A stretch of DNA of 64,000 nt, taken from contig CAXXVO010000006.1 of NCBI GenBank assembly GCA_963422645.2, positions 232,390-296,389 on the forward strand, read 5' to 3'. The translations under genes were made by a program, and so were the position numbers. The stretch is from Alphaproteobacteria bacterium (GTDB lineage Bacteria; Pseudomonadota; Alphaproteobacteria; UBA828). Positions 22,891-34,425 of the stretch are shown here, piece after piece; position 1 is the first letter of the stretch, and every line of letters starts with the position of its first letter. Under the pieces are notes generated by a model. The model searched no databases. It was not told the DNA's origin and was given only the letters and a program-made list of their open reading frames with translations.

Positions 22891-23772
22891 ATGAACGAAG
22901 CGATCGACATTCCCATCCTGCCCGGCCTGGCGCCCCTGACGGCCGATTACGACGGCTACATCCTCGATGTCTGGGGTGTGATGCACCAGGGCGGGCCGGT
23001 CTACCCGGAGGCGCTCGCCTGCGTGCGCCGGCTGCGCGCAGCCGGCAAGCGGGTGGTGTTCCTCTCCAACGCGCCGCGGCTCGCCCCGCAGGTCGAAGCC
23101 GTGCTCAAGGGCAAGGGGGTCGATGCCGGGCTCTACGACGCCGTGGTCGCCTCCGGCGATGCCGCTCGGCACGCGCTTGCGGATCGCGCGCGTCCCCCGG
23201 TCGAAGGGCTTGGCACTCGCTACCGTCTGCTCGGGCCGCCCGGGTCCGACGACGTGCTCGACGGTCTCGACTACACCGCCGCAACCGACATCGCGACGGC
23301 GGAATTCTTGCTCGGCATCGGTCTCGACGACGCCAGCAACACGGTCGAGGCTCACGAGCCGATTCTGCAAGCCGCAGTCACCCGCCGCCTGCCCATGATT
23401 TGCGTCAATCCCGACCTTCTCGTGATCCGACTCGGCGTTCAGGAAGCCTGCGCCGGCGCCCTTGCCGCGCGCTATGAGGCGCTCGGCGGCCGCGTGCGCT
23501 ACTTCGGCAAGCCCTACCCGGACGTTTACGACCTGGCGCTGGCCAAGCTGGGCCTCCCGTCCGCCCGCGTGCTCGCGGTCGGCGACGGACTCGCCACCGA
23601 TATCGCAGGCGCCAACGCCGCCGGACTCGATTCGGTGCTGATCACCGGCGGCCTGCTCGCCGATAAGCTCGACCTCGCGCCGGGAGAGGCGCCGAGCGCC
23701 CGCGACCTGGAGGAGGCCTGCCGGGCTGCGGGTGCCAGGCCGCGCGCCGCGCTTAGCGCATTCATTTGGTAA
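22891..23772 (+). CDS. HAD-superfamily class IIA hydrolase (TIGR01459-like)
   Basis: DVWGV, LSNAPR, CVNPD, GKPYP and VGDGLATDIAGA motifs. Confidence 0.9.
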   Translation: MNEAIDIPILPGLAPLTADYDGYILDVWGVMHQGGPVYPEALACVRRLRAAGKRVVFLSNAPRLAPQVEAVLKGKGVDAGLYDAVVASGDAARHALADRARPPVEGLGTRYRLLGPPGSDDVLDGLDYTAATDIATAEFLLGIGLDDASNTVEAHEPILQAAVTRRLPMICVNPDLLVIRLGVQEACAGALAARYEALGGRVRYFGKPYPDVYDLALAKLGLPSARVLAVGDGLATDIAGANAAGLDSVLITGGLLADKLDLAPGEAPSARDLEEACRAAGARPRAALSAFIW

Positions 23773-23831
23773 TAGCACCCTCAAGTTAATGTTATTGGCG
23801 CGCGTCCGGCACGCGCCCAATAGTCAATTTC

Positions 23832-25070
23832 ATGAGCACCGCCATGCCCACGACCGCCGCGATGCCTCCTGTACGACCGCAGGTCGCGGTGGTGGCCGTG
23901 GCCGGGCTGCTGATCGCCGCCGGCGTCGTCGCACTCGCCGTCACGGTGGACGGCAAGCTGGCCGCGCTGCTGGTCGTGGGCGGGCTTGCGGGCCTCGCTC
24001 TCCACCACGCGCTCTTCGGCTTCTCCGCCTCGACCCGGCGCTTTCTCATGGAGCGCCGCGGCGTGGGCGTGCGCGCGCAGCTCCTGATGATCGGCCTCGC
24101 AAGCATCGCCTTCGTGCCGCTGCTCGCCGGGGGCAGCGCGTTCGGTCAGGGGCTCGGCGGCGCGCTTGCACCTGTCGGGGTCTCGGTCGCGCTCGGCGCT
24201 TTCCTCTTCGGCATCGGCATGCAGCTCGGCGGCGGCTGCGCCTCCGGCACCCTCAGCGGTGCCGGCGCCGGCAGCCTCCGCATGGCGATCACGCTTGGTG
24301 CCTTCATCGCAGGCTCGGTGATCGGCACGGCGCACCTGCCCTGGTGGCTCGACCAGCCGCGCCTCCCCGCGCTCTCGATCCCCGACACGCTCGGCTGGCC
24401 GGCCGGCCTCGCGGTTCAGCTTGCCGCCATCGCCCTCCTCGCGTTGGGCGCGCTCTATCTGGAGCGCCGGCGCCACGGCGCCCACGAGCCCCTCGTCTGG
24501 GGCGCCGGCGGCGACTGGCGCGAGCGGTTGCTGCACGGTGGCTGGCCGCTGGCCTGGGGCGCGCTCGCCCTGGCTCTCCTCAACCTCGCGACGCTGTTGA
24601 TCGCAGGCCATCCGTGGAGCGTGACCTGGGGCTTTGCGCTCTGGGGCGCCTCGCTGGCCGATGCCTTGGGCTTTGGCATCGCCGAGTGGACATTCTGGCA
24701 ATGGCCGGGTCCGGCTCGGAAGCTCGAAGCCGGGGTCGCGCATGACACCGTCTCCGTGATGAACGTGGGCCTGATCCTGGGGGCGCTGTTGGGCGCCGCG
24801 CTCGCCGGCCGCTTCGCCGCCCGGGGCCGGCTCACTATCGGCGCGGTGGCGAGCGCGGTGATCGGCGGCCTGCTGCTCGGCTACGGCGCGCGGCTGGCCT
24901 TCGGTTGCAACATCGGCGCTCTCTTCAGCGGCATCGCCTCTGGCAGCGTGCACGGCTGGCTCTGGCTGCTGGCCGCCCTTCCCGGCGCGGCGCTCGGCGC
25001 GCGTCTGCGCCCCCTGTTCGGTCTCGATCGTGCTGCGGCACCGGCTGCAGAAGGAGTACGCGCATCATGA
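23832..25070 (+). CDS. YeeE/YedE family sulfur (thiosulfate) transporter
   Basis: GMQLGGGCASGTL and GARLAFGCNIG motifs; multiple TM helices. Confidence 0.9.
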   Translation: MSTAMPTTAAMPPVRPQVAVVAVAGLLIAAGVVALAVTVDGKLAALLVVGGLAGLALHHALFGFSASTRRFLMERRGVGVRAQLLMIGLASIAFVPLLAGGSAFGQGLGGALAPVGVSVALGAFLFGIGMQLGGGCASGTLSGAGAGSLRMAITLGAFIAGSVIGTAHLPWWLDQPRLPALSIPDTLGWPAGLAVQLAAIALLALGALYLERRRHGAHEPLVWGAGGDWRERLLHGGWPLAWGALALALLNLATLLIAGHPWSVTWGFALWGASLADALGFGIAEWTFWQWPGPARKLEAGVAHDTVSVMNVGLILGALLGAALAGRFAARGRLTIGAVASAVIGGLLLGYGARLAFGCNIGALFSGIASGSVHGWLWLLAALPGAALGARLRPLFGLDRAAAPAAEGVRAS

Positions 25071-25909
25071 CCACCTCTGTGAGCACCTCCCCCGGCACCT
25101 CGCCCCTCCAGCGCTTGCGAAAGGTGCTGCCGCGCTTCCTGCTGCTGGGCGCGGTCATCGCCGGCATCGTCTTCGCCGTGCTGAATCGGGAGAGCATCGA
25201 TTCGGCGGCACTCGAGACCTGGATCACCCAGTTCGGCCCCTGGGCGCCCGTGGTCTTCTTCTGTGCCTACGTGCTTGCCACCCTGCTCTTCCTGCCGGGC
25301 CTGCTGTTCACGCTTGCCTCCGGCGCACTCTTCGGCCCCTATCTCGGCACCCTCATCGCCCTCGTCGGCGCGACGGTGGGTGCGACGGCCGCCTTCCTCG
25401 TCGCCCGCTATGTGCTGGCAGACTGGATCCAGAGCCGCACGCCGGCGCGGGTGAAGCGCGTGATCGAAGGGGTCGAAGGCGAAGGCTGGCGCTTCGTCGC
25501 CATGACCCGGCTGATCCCCTTCATCCCCTTCAACGCGCTGAACTATGCGCTGGGGCTCACGCGCATCCCTCTCGTGTCCTACGCCCTCGCTTCCTTCGTC
25601 TTCATGGCGCCGGGTGCTGCGGCATACGCCTATCTCGGCCATGCCGGGCGCTCGCTCGCGACCGGTGACGGTGACCTGGTTCAGAACGCCCTGCTCGGCC
25701 TTGCCGTGCTCGGCCTGATCGGCTTCATGCCCCGCCTCATCAAGCGCTTCGTCAAGGGCCGGAAGGCGACTCGGGGTAACTGCCCAGGTTCTTGCTGTGA
25801 AAATTCTCTGGGATTCGGCACAACGCTACCCACGCGACGCCCGTGTGCTCCTCTGTGGTCGCCGGGTTTCACAGCTCACGATGCCCCTCTTGCGGACTGC
25901 GACCGGTAA
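25067..25909 (+). CDS. TVP38/TMEM64 (DedA/SNARE-associated) membrane protein; 3' end replaced by IS66 sequence from 25776
   Basis: LPG..FTLASGALFG and RLIPFIPFNALNY motifs; an IS66 inverted repeat begins at 25776 inside the ORF. Confidence 0.8.
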   Translation: MTTSVSTSPGTSPLQRLRKVLPRFLLLGAVIAGIVFAVLNRESIDSAALETWITQFGPWAPVVFFCAYVLATLLFLPGLLFTLASGALFGPYLGTLIALVGATVGATAAFLVARYVLADWIQSRTPARVKRVIEGVEGEGWRFVAMTRLIPFIPFNALNYALGLTRIPLVSYALASFVFMAPGAAAYAYLGHAGRSLATGDGDLVQNALLGLAVLGLIGFMPRLIKRFVKGRKATRGNCPGSCCENSLGFGTTLPTRRPCAPLWSPGFTAHDAPLADCDR

Positions 25910-26181
25910 GCTACCCCGATGTGGCCCGAAGTCCGCCCGCGCGACGGGCACCGATTTTCATTCTATGGGGTGGTCCAGCACGGCGTCGACCATGATCGTT
26001 TATGAGAATGGCTCCGCTGTTGGAGAACCCGTGCCAGGTGAGCTTACGCGCACTTGACGGTGGCGATGAGCCGATCCGATGGGCTGGTCAGGGCTTCGAT
26101 GATATTCCAGCCCTGCTTTCTGGCGGTGGTGATGACGCTGCGCAGGATGGCGAAGTTCTCGGCCCCCTGCGCGGACCGCTG
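25776..26181 (-). mobile_element. Truncated IS66 (one end plus transposase C-terminus)
   Basis: GTAACTGCCCAGGT at 25776 matches the IS66 end at 42887. Minus strand 26044-26181 encodes GAENFAILRSVITTARKQGWNII, homologous to the C-terminus of the transposase ending at 43052. Confidence 0.8.
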
Positions 26182-26567
26182 AGCATGCTGGCGGCGGTTG
26201 CGAAGCGCACGGTGTGGCCGGCCAGCACGGCGCGGTGGGCGATATTGGCTGCGATGGTCGACTTTCCGACGCCGTTGGGGCCGACCAGGACGACGTTGGC
26301 GGCCTCGTCGAGGAAGTCGAGGGTCATGAGGTCCTCGACGGCCATGCGGTCGCAGCGCCTTGGCCAGTCCCAGTCGAAGTCGGCGAGCGGCTTGAAGCGG
26401 CCGATCCGTGCGGCGCCGAGGCGGCGCTTGAGGCTGCGGCTGCGCCTTTCCTCCTCTTCCCAGGCGATCAGCTCGGGCAGCCAGCCGGTCTCGCCGATGT
26501 CGTCCCAGTGGGCGACGAGGCCGTGCAGGCCGAGCGCCCGGGCGCGGTCCATGAGGGGATCGGTCAT
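26182..26567 (-). pseudogene. istB: IS21 IstB ATPase, truncated after Walker A
   Basis: LADFDW and GPNGVGKS motifs; ends abruptly at the IS66 fragment. Confidence 0.8.
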
Positions 26568-27501
26568 TCTTCGCTGTCCTCCTCGGGGTCCTTGGCCAGC
26601 CCGTCGTATCCGCCGAGGTCGTGGTCGCGCACCGCGATGTCGCGCGCCTTCGCCTCGCTGGGCAGGTCGACCGGGATGGGCGGGGGCCGGTTGCGCTGCT
26701 CGCGGCGCCGGGTGAGGCTCAGGCGCACGGCGTTGGGATGCGGGACGCCGCGCTCGAGGGCCTCGCCGATGGCCGCCTCGAGCTCGGCAGCGCCGTAGGC
26801 GTCGAGCAGGCGCAACAGGGCGGCAACGATGGTGCCGAGATTGTCGCCGCGCATGGCCGCGCCGGCGAGCAGGCGCTCGCTGGCAGGCGCGGCCCGGAAC
26901 AGGCGGTCCTGGCCGCGCAGGCGCCGCGCATGGCGCTTGCTCCTGGCCAGTTCGGCGATGTGGCCGGGGATCTCGACGCATTCATCCCTGTCGAAGCTGC
27001 GCGGGTGTGCGGCGATCACCTTCACGCCGTCGAGGATGCGCACCTCGTCGAGCGTTGCGACCACCACCAGGGTGCGCCCGACATGGGTGTGCGGCACGCT
27101 GTAATCGTTGAGATCGAACCTGGCGTAGGGGGTCTTGCCGATGACGACCTCGACCCGGTCGTGGGCCGGGAAGGGATCGCCGGGCAGCGCGATCAGGGCG
27201 CCGCGCTCGCGCTCGAAGGCCTGGCGCACGGCGATCGAGCGGTCGTCCGGCCACGGGCGGTCGGCGGCGATGCCGTCGCACCACTCCCCGGCCTGGGCGT
27301 TCAGGTCGTCGATGTCGCGCCAGGAGCGGGCGGCGAAGAAGCTGTCGCGGACATAGCGGATGGCGCGTTCCACGCGTCCCTTCTCGTTGCCGCGGGCGAC
27401 CGCGACCGGCCTGGGCAGGAACAGGTAGTGGCCGGCGAAGGCGAGGAGCTGCGGGTTGAACCGGATGGCGTCGCCGTGGCGCTCCGCCACGACGCTCTTG
27501 A

Positions 27502-29660
27502 CCCAAGTTGGCACTTTTTCCGTTTGTTCGGGGCCGAATTGGCCAGGTTTTTCCGGCTGACACACCAGATATAGCGTTGACGAGAAGGGCACGCCCCTAC
27601 ATTTGCGATTGCCGTCTCGAACTCCCTTTGTAGTGCCAGGGAATGGTGGGTTTGCAGGATTTCCCTTGACCCCACCACCAAAGCCGACATATCTGAACCC
27701 GCCACGACCAAAACGTGCCGGGCGACATGTTCATCAGGGCAACCAAGACCCACACTACCGAAGGCAAGCCGGTCCGCAGCCATCGCCTCGTGCTCTCGCA
27801 GCGCATCGGCGACAAGGTCAGGCAGCGCACGCTTCTCAACCTCGGCACCGACTATCCGGTGCCGAAGGAGAAATGGCGCGAAGTTGCCGGACTCGCCGAG
27901 GCGCTGCTCAACGGCCGCCCGCCGCTGCTCGAAGCCGCGCCGGACGTGCAGGCCGCAGCCGAGGACATCGTCGCCAAGCTCAGGGCCAGGGGGTTCCGCC
28001 CCGAGGCGATACAGGAAGAGGCGCGCAAGCCCGACATCGCCACCGTCGACCTCGATACCCTGGAGCACGAGAACCCGCGCACGGTCGGCTGCGAGCGCCT
28101 GTGCCTCAAGGCCCTCGACGACCTCGGCTTCGCCGACATCCTCCACGGCCTCGATATCAAGGGCCGCGACGGGCGCATCGCCAGCGCGCTGATCGTCGCC
28201 AGGATGGTCCATCCCGCCAGCGAGCGTGACACCAGCCGCTGGCTGCGCCGCGACAGCGCGACCGCCGAGCTCCTGGGGCTGGAGGGCGACCGCAAGGCGC
28301 TGCGGCGCAAGACGCTCTACCGCATCGGCGACCTGCTCTGGCGCCACCGGGCCGCCATTCAGCGGGAGCTGTTCAACCGCGAGCGCGCGCTGCTCGACCT
28401 GCCCGAAACGATCGCCTTTTACGATCTCACCAATGTCCACTACCACGGCCACACCCACGGCCAGCTTCCCAGGTTCGGGCGCTCCAAGCAGAAGCGCGAC
28501 GACTGTCCGCTGATCACGCTGGCGCTGGCGCTCGACGGCGCAGGCTTCCCGCGCAGTTGCGAGATCCTGCCGGGCAACGTGAGCGAGCCGGGCACGCTGG
28601 AGGACGCGCTGGTCAGGCTCGAGGCGGTGTGCGGCGGCACGGCGCCGAAGCCCACGGTGGTCATGGACGCGGGCATCGCCACCGAGGAGAACGTCGCGTG
28701 GCTGGGCGAGCAGGGCTACGACTGGATCGCGGTCAGCCGCGGCGCCAGGCCGCCGCTGCCCGAGGGCGGGCCCGAGGCTCTGCTGATCACCAGCGCGCGG
28801 CACGAGGTGCGCGCCTGGCGGCTTGCCAGCGAGGACGGCGAGGCGCGGCTCTACGTCGTCAGCGAGGGCAAGAAGAAGGCCGAGAACGCGATCATCGGCC
28901 TCAGGCGGAACCGCTTCGAGGCGGCGCTGGAAAGGCTCCATAGCGGCCTGCCGGTCAAGGGCCGCCTCAAGCGCTACGACAGGGTGCTGGAGAGCATTGG
29001 CCGTCTCAAGCAGCGCTTCTCCACCGTCGCCAGACACTACGAGGTCACGGTCGAGAAGGCGAAAACCGGCCCCAACGCCGCCGCCGTGCGCTTCAAGCGC
29101 AGGCCGCAATACGACGAGGCCGACGAGGGCGCCGGCGCCTATGTGCTGCGCACCAGCCACGTCGACTGGGATATCGAGACGATCCTGCGGACCTACTGGC
29201 GCATCACCGACATCGAGGCCACCTTCCGCAGCCTGAAATCCGAGCTCGGCCTTCGCCCGATCTGGCACCAGCTCGACCGTCGCATCGCGGCCCACCTGCT
29301 GATCGCCGTGCTGGCCTATCACGCCGTGCATCTGATCCGTACCCGACTGGCCGCGCGGGGCATCCACAAGTGCTGGGCATCGATCCGCGAGGGCATGCGG
29401 ACCTGGGTGCGGATCACCACGCGACTGCGCCAGACCGACGGCACCTTGATCGTCAACCGCCAGGACACGCGCCCGGCCGCCGAGGTCGCCCAAATCTCCT
29501 CGGCGGCGGGTGTTGACCCCGCCATCCACCGCACGAGGACCCGCCTGACGAGCTGACAGAATCTCACAAAATGTAGTGCCATGTTGGAATCGGCAGAGAA
29601 AAATATTGCGCCATATCAAAGCGATAAACGACAGCAGAACACAAAAAGTGCCAACCTGGG
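27502..29660 (+). mobile_element. IS1634-family insertion sequence, apparently intact
   Basis: Terminal IRs CCCAAGTTGGCACTTTTT / AAAAAGTGCCAACCTGGG; flanking TTGA duplication at 27498-27501 and 29661-29664. Confidence 0.85.
27727..29556 (+). CDS. IS1634-family DDE transposase
   Basis: MFIR...RTLLNLG, FYDLT, GRSKQKRDD, VVMDAG and IEATFRSLKSELGLRPIWHQ motifs. Confidence 0.9.
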   Translation: MFIRATKTHTTEGKPVRSHRLVLSQRIGDKVRQRTLLNLGTDYPVPKEKWREVAGLAEALLNGRPPLLEAAPDVQAAAEDIVAKLRARGFRPEAIQEEARKPDIATVDLDTLEHENPRTVGCERLCLKALDDLGFADILHGLDIKGRDGRIASALIVARMVHPASERDTSRWLRRDSATAELLGLEGDRKALRRKTLYRIGDLLWRHRAAIQRELFNRERALLDLPETIAFYDLTNVHYHGHTHGQLPRFGRSKQKRDDCPLITLALALDGAGFPRSCEILPGNVSEPGTLEDALVRLEAVCGGTAPKPTVVMDAGIATEENVAWLGEQGYDWIAVSRGARPPLPEGGPEALLITSARHEVRAWRLASEDGEARLYVVSEGKKKAENAIIGLRRNRFEAALERLHSGLPVKGRLKRYDRVLESIGRLKQRFSTVARHYEVTVEKAKTGPNAAAVRFKRRPQYDEADEGAGAYVLRTSHVDWDIETILRTYWRITDIEATFRSLKSELGLRPIWHQLDRRIAAHLLIAVLAYHAVHLIRTRLAARGIHKCWASIREGMRTWVRITTRLRQTDGTLIVNRQDTRPAAEVAQISSAAGVDPAIHRTRTRLTS

Positions 29661-30113
29661 TTGAGATTGTCGTACCAGAGCTCGCGCGGCACGCCCTGCC
29701 ATGCCTCGAAGGCGGCGACGTGGCCGCGCAGGAAGTTGCTCATCCCGGCGTCGAGGTAGAAGCGCAGGAAGACCCGCCGCGAGTAGCTCAGCACCATCAC
29801 GAAGCCCATCAGGCGGCGCTCCGCGCGGCCGATCCTCACCGTGCCGAAGTGGGCCCAGTCGACCTGGGCCTGCTCGCCGGGAAGGGTCTTGAGGCGCAGA
29901 TAGGCCTCGGCCACCGGCCTCGGCCGCTCGCGGGCGACGAGGCGGCGGAAGTGGCTCTGGCTGCCGCGATAGCCGCGCTCGCGCGCCATCTGGTTGTTGT
30001 TAAGCGTGGAAAAGTGACCCCCTATTGGGGGTGATCGGCGTCCAAAATTGACCCCCTTGGATTTGTGTCCATGAACACACCTCGTCGTTTGGACGGACGG
30101 GGTGGTGGGGGAG

Positions 30114-31628
30114 ATGCTGGTTGTGGAAACGATCGCGAAGATCCGTCGGGATCATCTGGTGAAGGGCGTTCCGATCAAGAAGCTCGCCCGGGATTTGAGG
30201 GTTTCCAAGAACACGATACGCAAGGTGGTGCGGGGCGATGCGACCTCGCACAGCTACGAGCGCAAGATCCAGCCGATGCCGAAGCTTGGGCTGTGGGTGG
30301 AGGAGCTTGAGCGCCAGCTGAAGGCCAACGAGAAGAAGGCACGCAAGGATCGGCTGTCTCTTCTGCGGATTCATGAAGACCTTGTGTCGCTGGGCTACAA
30401 GGGCGGCTATGACGCGGTTCGCCGCTATGCCAGGGCCTGGCGGCGCCGGTGGCGGCTGTTGTCGCCGGCGCAGGCCTATGTGCCGCTGATCTTCGATCCC
30501 GGCGAGGCCTACCAGTTCGACTGGAGCCACGAGTACGCGCGTCTGTCGGGCGCGACGACCAGGGTGAAGGCGGCGCACATGCGGCTGTGCCACAGCCGGA
30601 TGTATCTGGTCCAGATCTTTCCCCGCGAGAGCCAGGAGATGGTCTTCGAGGCGCACGAGCGTGCCTTCCGCTTCTTCGGCGGGGTCTGCCGGCGGGGCAT
30701 CTACGACAACATGAAGACGGCGGTGAGCACGATCTTCGTGGGCAAGAAGCGGGACTACAACCGCCGCTTCCAGGAGCTGTGCTCGCACCATCTGGTGGAG
30801 CCTGTGGCGTGCACGCCAGGGGCTGGCTGGGAGAAGGGGCAGGTCGAGAAGCAGGTGGGTGACCTTCGCGGCCGCCTGTTCGTGCCCATCCCGCGGGGCC
30901 GCTCCTACGCCGAGATCAACGAGTGGCTGATGGATCGGTGCATCGAGGACGCCAAGAAGCATCCGCATCCGACAATCCCGGGCAAGACGGTGTGGCAGGT
31001 GTTCGAGGAGGAGCAGCCCTTCCTGATGGCGTATCGCGGCCCCTTCGACGGCTTCCATGCCAGCGAGGTGTCGGTCTCGAAGACCTGTCTGGTGCGCTTC
31101 GACAACAACCAGTACAGCGTCGCGGCCCGCGCCGTCGGCCGGCCGGTGGACGTGCGGGCCTATGCCGATCGGATCGTCATCCGCCAGGACGGCGAGACCG
31201 TTGCCGAGCACCCCCGCAGCTTCGGGCGCGGCCGGTTCGTCTACGATCCGTGGCATTACGTGCCGATCCTGACGCGGAAGCCCGGCGCGCTACGCAATGG
31301 CGCGCCCTTCAAGGACTGGCAGTTGCCCAACGCGCTCGGCCGCCTGCGAACCCGGCTCGCGGGCCACGACGACGGCGACCGGCAGTTCGTCAAGGTGCTC
31401 GCGGCGGTGCTGGAGGACGGACTGGAGGCGGTTGAGGCGGCCTGTGCCGAGACGCTCGACTGCGGTGCCTGCAGCGCCGACGTGGTGCTCAACATCCTCG
31501 CCCGGCAGCGCCAGCCGGCACCGCCGGCAATCATCCCGACGCCCGAGGGCCTGCAGCTTCGCCACAAGCCGGTAGCCGACTGTCAGCGCTACGACAGCCT
31601 GAGGGAGGCCGGTCATGGAGCGTCATGA
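30114..31628 (+). CDS. istA: IS21 transposase IstA
   Basis: N-terminal HTH; QFDWS, IYDNMK and EKGQVE (complete DDE). Confidence 0.93.
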   Translation: MLVVETIAKIRRDHLVKGVPIKKLARDLRVSKNTIRKVVRGDATSHSYERKIQPMPKLGLWVEELERQLKANEKKARKDRLSLLRIHEDLVSLGYKGGYDAVRRYARAWRRRWRLLSPAQAYVPLIFDPGEAYQFDWSHEYARLSGATTRVKAAHMRLCHSRMYLVQIFPRESQEMVFEAHERAFRFFGGVCRRGIYDNMKTAVSTIFVGKKRDYNRRFQELCSHHLVEPVACTPGAGWEKGQVEKQVGDLRGRLFVPIPRGRSYAEINEWLMDRCIEDAKKHPHPTIPGKTVWQVFEEEQPFLMAYRGPFDGFHASEVSVSKTCLVRFDNNQYSVAARAVGRPVDVRAYADRIVIRQDGETVAEHPRSFGRGRFVYDPWHYVPILTRKPGALRNGAPFKDWQLPNALGRLRTRLAGHDDGDRQFVKVLAAVLEDGLEAVEAACAETLDCGACSADVVLNILARQRQPAPPAIIPTPEGLQLRHKPVADCQRYDSLREAGHGAS

Positions 31629-32343
31629 TGTGCTGGAGATGATGACCCAGCTGAAGCTCGCAGGTATGCGCGCCGCTTACGACGACATCCTTGCCGACGG
31701 GCTCAAGCGCCGCCATCCGGTGCAACAGATCATCGGTACGCTGCTGCAGGTCGAGATCGCCGACAAGAGGGCCCGCTCGATCAAGTACCAGATGGCCTCC
31801 GCCAAGCTGCCGACGGTCAAGGAGCTGGCCGACTTCGACTTCGCCGCCTCGCCGGTCAACGAGCCCCTGATCCAGGAGCTCGCCGGCGGCGGCTTCCTCG
31901 AGGGCAAACGCAACATCGTGCTGGTCGGCGGCACCGGTACCGGCAAGACCCATCTCGCCGTCGCCATCGCGCGGTCCTGCATCCGCAAGGGCGCGCGCGG
32001 CCGGTGCTACAACGTCGTCGACCTGGTCAACCTCCTCGAGGCCGAGCTTCGCGCCGGACGCCAGGGCCGCACTGCAGACCAGCTCGTCCGCCGCGACTTC
32101 GTCATCCTCGACGAGCTCGGCTACCTGCCCTTCGCCCAGGCCGGTGGGCAGCTGCTCTTCCATCTGATGAGCCGGCTCTACGAGCGCACCTCGATCGTCA
32201 TCACCACAAACCTCGCCTTCGGCGAATGGCCATCCGTCTTCGGCGACCCCAAGATGACCACAGCGCTGCTCGATCGCCTCACCCATCATTGCGAGATCAT
32301 CGAGACCGGCAACGAGAGCTGGCGCTTCAAGAACCGCTCCTGA
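31615..32343 (+). CDS. istB: IS21 helper ATPase IstB
   Basis: [15 protein letters not shown] and ALLDRLTHH motifs. Confidence 0.93.
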   Translation: MERHDVLEMMTQLKLAGMRAAYDDILADGLKRRHPVQQIIGTLLQVEIADKRARSIKYQMASAKLPTVKELADFDFAASPVNEPLIQELAGGGFLEGKRNIVLVGGTGTGKTHLAVAIARSCIRKGARGRCYNVVDLVNLLEAELRAGRQGRTADQLVRRDFVILDELGYLPFAQAGGQLLFHLMSRLYERTSIVITTNLAFGEWPSVFGDPKMTTALLDRLTHHCEIIETGNESWRFKNRS

Positions 32344-32546
32344 CCCGCCGCCGGCCTCCCTTGCGGCCCGGTTGCCCCGGTGGGCCAACAGGGACCCCCC
32401 ACGCGGCTTCGCTCCGCGTAGCGCAGGGCGCCACACGAAGCCGCGCGGGTCCCCCCTATTGGCTACCGGGACAACCTCCGCCGTGCCACTCAGGGGGGTC
32501 AATTTTGCACGCCGATCGGGGGTCAGTATTGAAAGCCGATTGACAC

Positions 32547-33927
32547 ACCGCGCGCCGGGTCCACTACCTGCTCGAGCCCGGCTGGCGCGCCGACCAGGCG
32601 ATCCAGGGCCTCGGCCGCACCCATCGCACCCACCAGGCCTCGGCGCCGCTGTTCCGCCCCGTCGCCACCGACGTCAAGGGCGAGCGGCGCTTCATCGCCA
32701 CCATCGCCCGGCGGCTCGACAGCCTCGGCGCCATCACCCGCGGACAACGCGACAGCCAGACCGCCATGGGCGGCGACCAGGCGCTCTTTCGCGAGAGCGA
32801 CAACCTGGAGAGCCTGTATGCGAAGGCGGCGCTGCGCCAGTTCTACGGCGCGCTCTGGCTCGGGCGCATCGAGGGCTGGACCGTCGAGCGGTTCCAGGAC
32901 GCCACCGGCCTCAAGCTCATCCACGAGGGCGGTCTCAAGGAGGAGCTGCCGCCCATGCCGCGCTTCCTCAACCGCCTGCCTGCTCGCATTGCCCATCGCC
33001 GAGCAGAACACGCTCTTCGCCGCGCTGGAGGAGCGCATCGCCGCCAACATCGAGCAGGCCGTCGAGGCCGGCAGCTACGAGGTCGGCGTCGAGACCGTAC
33101 GCGCGGACTCGCTTGTCCTCGCCGGCCGGGAGACCCTCCACGACCGTCCCGGCACCGGCGCCGCGACCGAGCTGGTCGAGATCCTGCGCCGCGACCGCCT
33201 CGTGCCGACCACGGTCGAGGCCGCGCTCGACATCGGCGCGTGCGATCCCGCACCGGACGGCAGACCCGCGCTGGTGGTCAACGCGCGTTCGAAGCGCGCC
33301 GCCGTCCTGCTGCGCAGCACCTCGCGCATGTTCGACGACGGCGGCGTGCAGGAGCGGGTCCGGCTCGTCCGCCCCGCAGTGCGCGAGTCGATGGCCCGCG
33401 CCGAGCTCGACGCCTCCAACTGGCGCCCCGCCGACGAGGTTACCTGGCGCGCTCTCTGGGAGCGGGAGATCGCCTCCCTGCCGACCCACAGCGAGTCGCG
33501 CTTCTGGCTCGCCGCCGGGCTCCTGCTGCCCGTCTGGGACAGGCTGCCAGCCGAGAACATGCGCGTGCGCCGGCTCACCTCGGACGACGGCATAGCCCTC
33601 ATCGGCCGCGTGCTAGACGCCGAGCAGGTCCGCGCCGTGCGCGCGAGCTTCGGCCTCGGCGGCGGCCCCGCCCTGACCGGCGGGGAGGCCTTCGAGGCGG
33701 TCCTGGAGCGCGGCGCCGCGCTCCCCCTCGCCAACGGCTGGCGGCTCGCCCGGCGGCGCATCATGGGCGCCGACCGTGTCGAGATCGAGGGACCCGCGGA
33801 CACCGACATCGCCGCACTCCGGCGCATCGGCTGCACGGTCGAGATCGTCTCGTACCGCGCCCGCGCGTTCGCGCCCGGGCCGGACGCGCTCTCGCGTATC
33901 CTCGACCGCTGGCCGCCCGCCGTGTGA
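32547..33927 (+). pseudogene. Strawberry-notch-family helicase/methylase, C-terminal part, frameshifted
   Basis: RRVHYLLEPGWRADQAIQGLGRTHR (helicase motif VI) and RFIATIARRLDSLGA; frameshift near 32975; 5' part removed at the IS21 end. Confidence 0.8.
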
Positions 33928-34043
33928 CCCTGGCCGTACCGCCGGGAACGGTCCGTCCGCCGCCCCGATTTACTTCGCCGCCGCGCCGGGGGTACGTACC
34001 GCCGGCCCGCCGCCCGCTGTCGCACCCCGGGAGGAACGCCGCC

Positions 34044-34313
34044 ATGACCGCCCAGACCCTGCCCGACAATCCGAACTTCTGCTTCTGCCCCGCCTACGAC
34101 GTCGAGGTCGACGTGCAGCAGATCCGCATCGTCATCGAGGGGCTCGCCGGCCACGTGCCGACAGCGCTCATCGCGCTCGACCTCGACGATGCGCTCACCA
34201 TCTGCGACAAGCTCAACCGCCGCCTCGGAATGGACCGCGATGCGTGGACGACCATGGCCGCCGCCTCCATGCGCACCGAGGACCGGGAGCCCGGCAACCC
34301 CATCGAGCACTGA
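34044..34313 (+). CDS. Small hypothetical protein
   Basis: ATG preceded by GGAGG; host-like codon usage. Confidence 0.55.
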   Translation: MTAQTLPDNPNFCFCPAYDVEVDVQQIRIVIEGLAGHVPTALIALDLDDALTICDKLNRRLGMDRDAWTTMAAASMRTEDREPGNPIEH

Positions 34314-34380
34314 CGGGGCGCGGCGGCGCCGCTGCGCAGCCGCGCCCGACGTCCGCCGAAGGCATCTCGACAGGGGTGCC

Positions 34381-34409
34381 TTGCCCCGATATGGTGAAAC
34401 CCCTATAGT
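34381..34409 (+). promoter_or_regulatory. Putative sigma70 promoter of the TA operon
   Basis: TTGCCC-17 bp-TATAGT immediately upstream of the toxin ATG. Confidence 0.5.
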
Positions 34410-34425
34410 CCGGACCCAGTGGCGC

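Larger units (their letters stand above)
26564..29989 (-). pseudogene. istA: IS21 IstA transposase split by an IS1634 insertion and cut at its 5' end by another IS21
   Basis: QVDWAHFG...WYDNL (29661-29989) and KSVV...EKGRVER (26564-27501) rejoin as YDNLKSVV once the insert and one TTGA copy are removed. Confidence 0.85.
29998..32545 (+). mobile_element. IS21-family element, apparently intact
   Basis: TGT...ACA ends with repeated AAAATTGACCCC-like motifs; encodes istA and istB; no target duplication, and the two flanks belong to unrelated genes. Confidence 0.85.
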
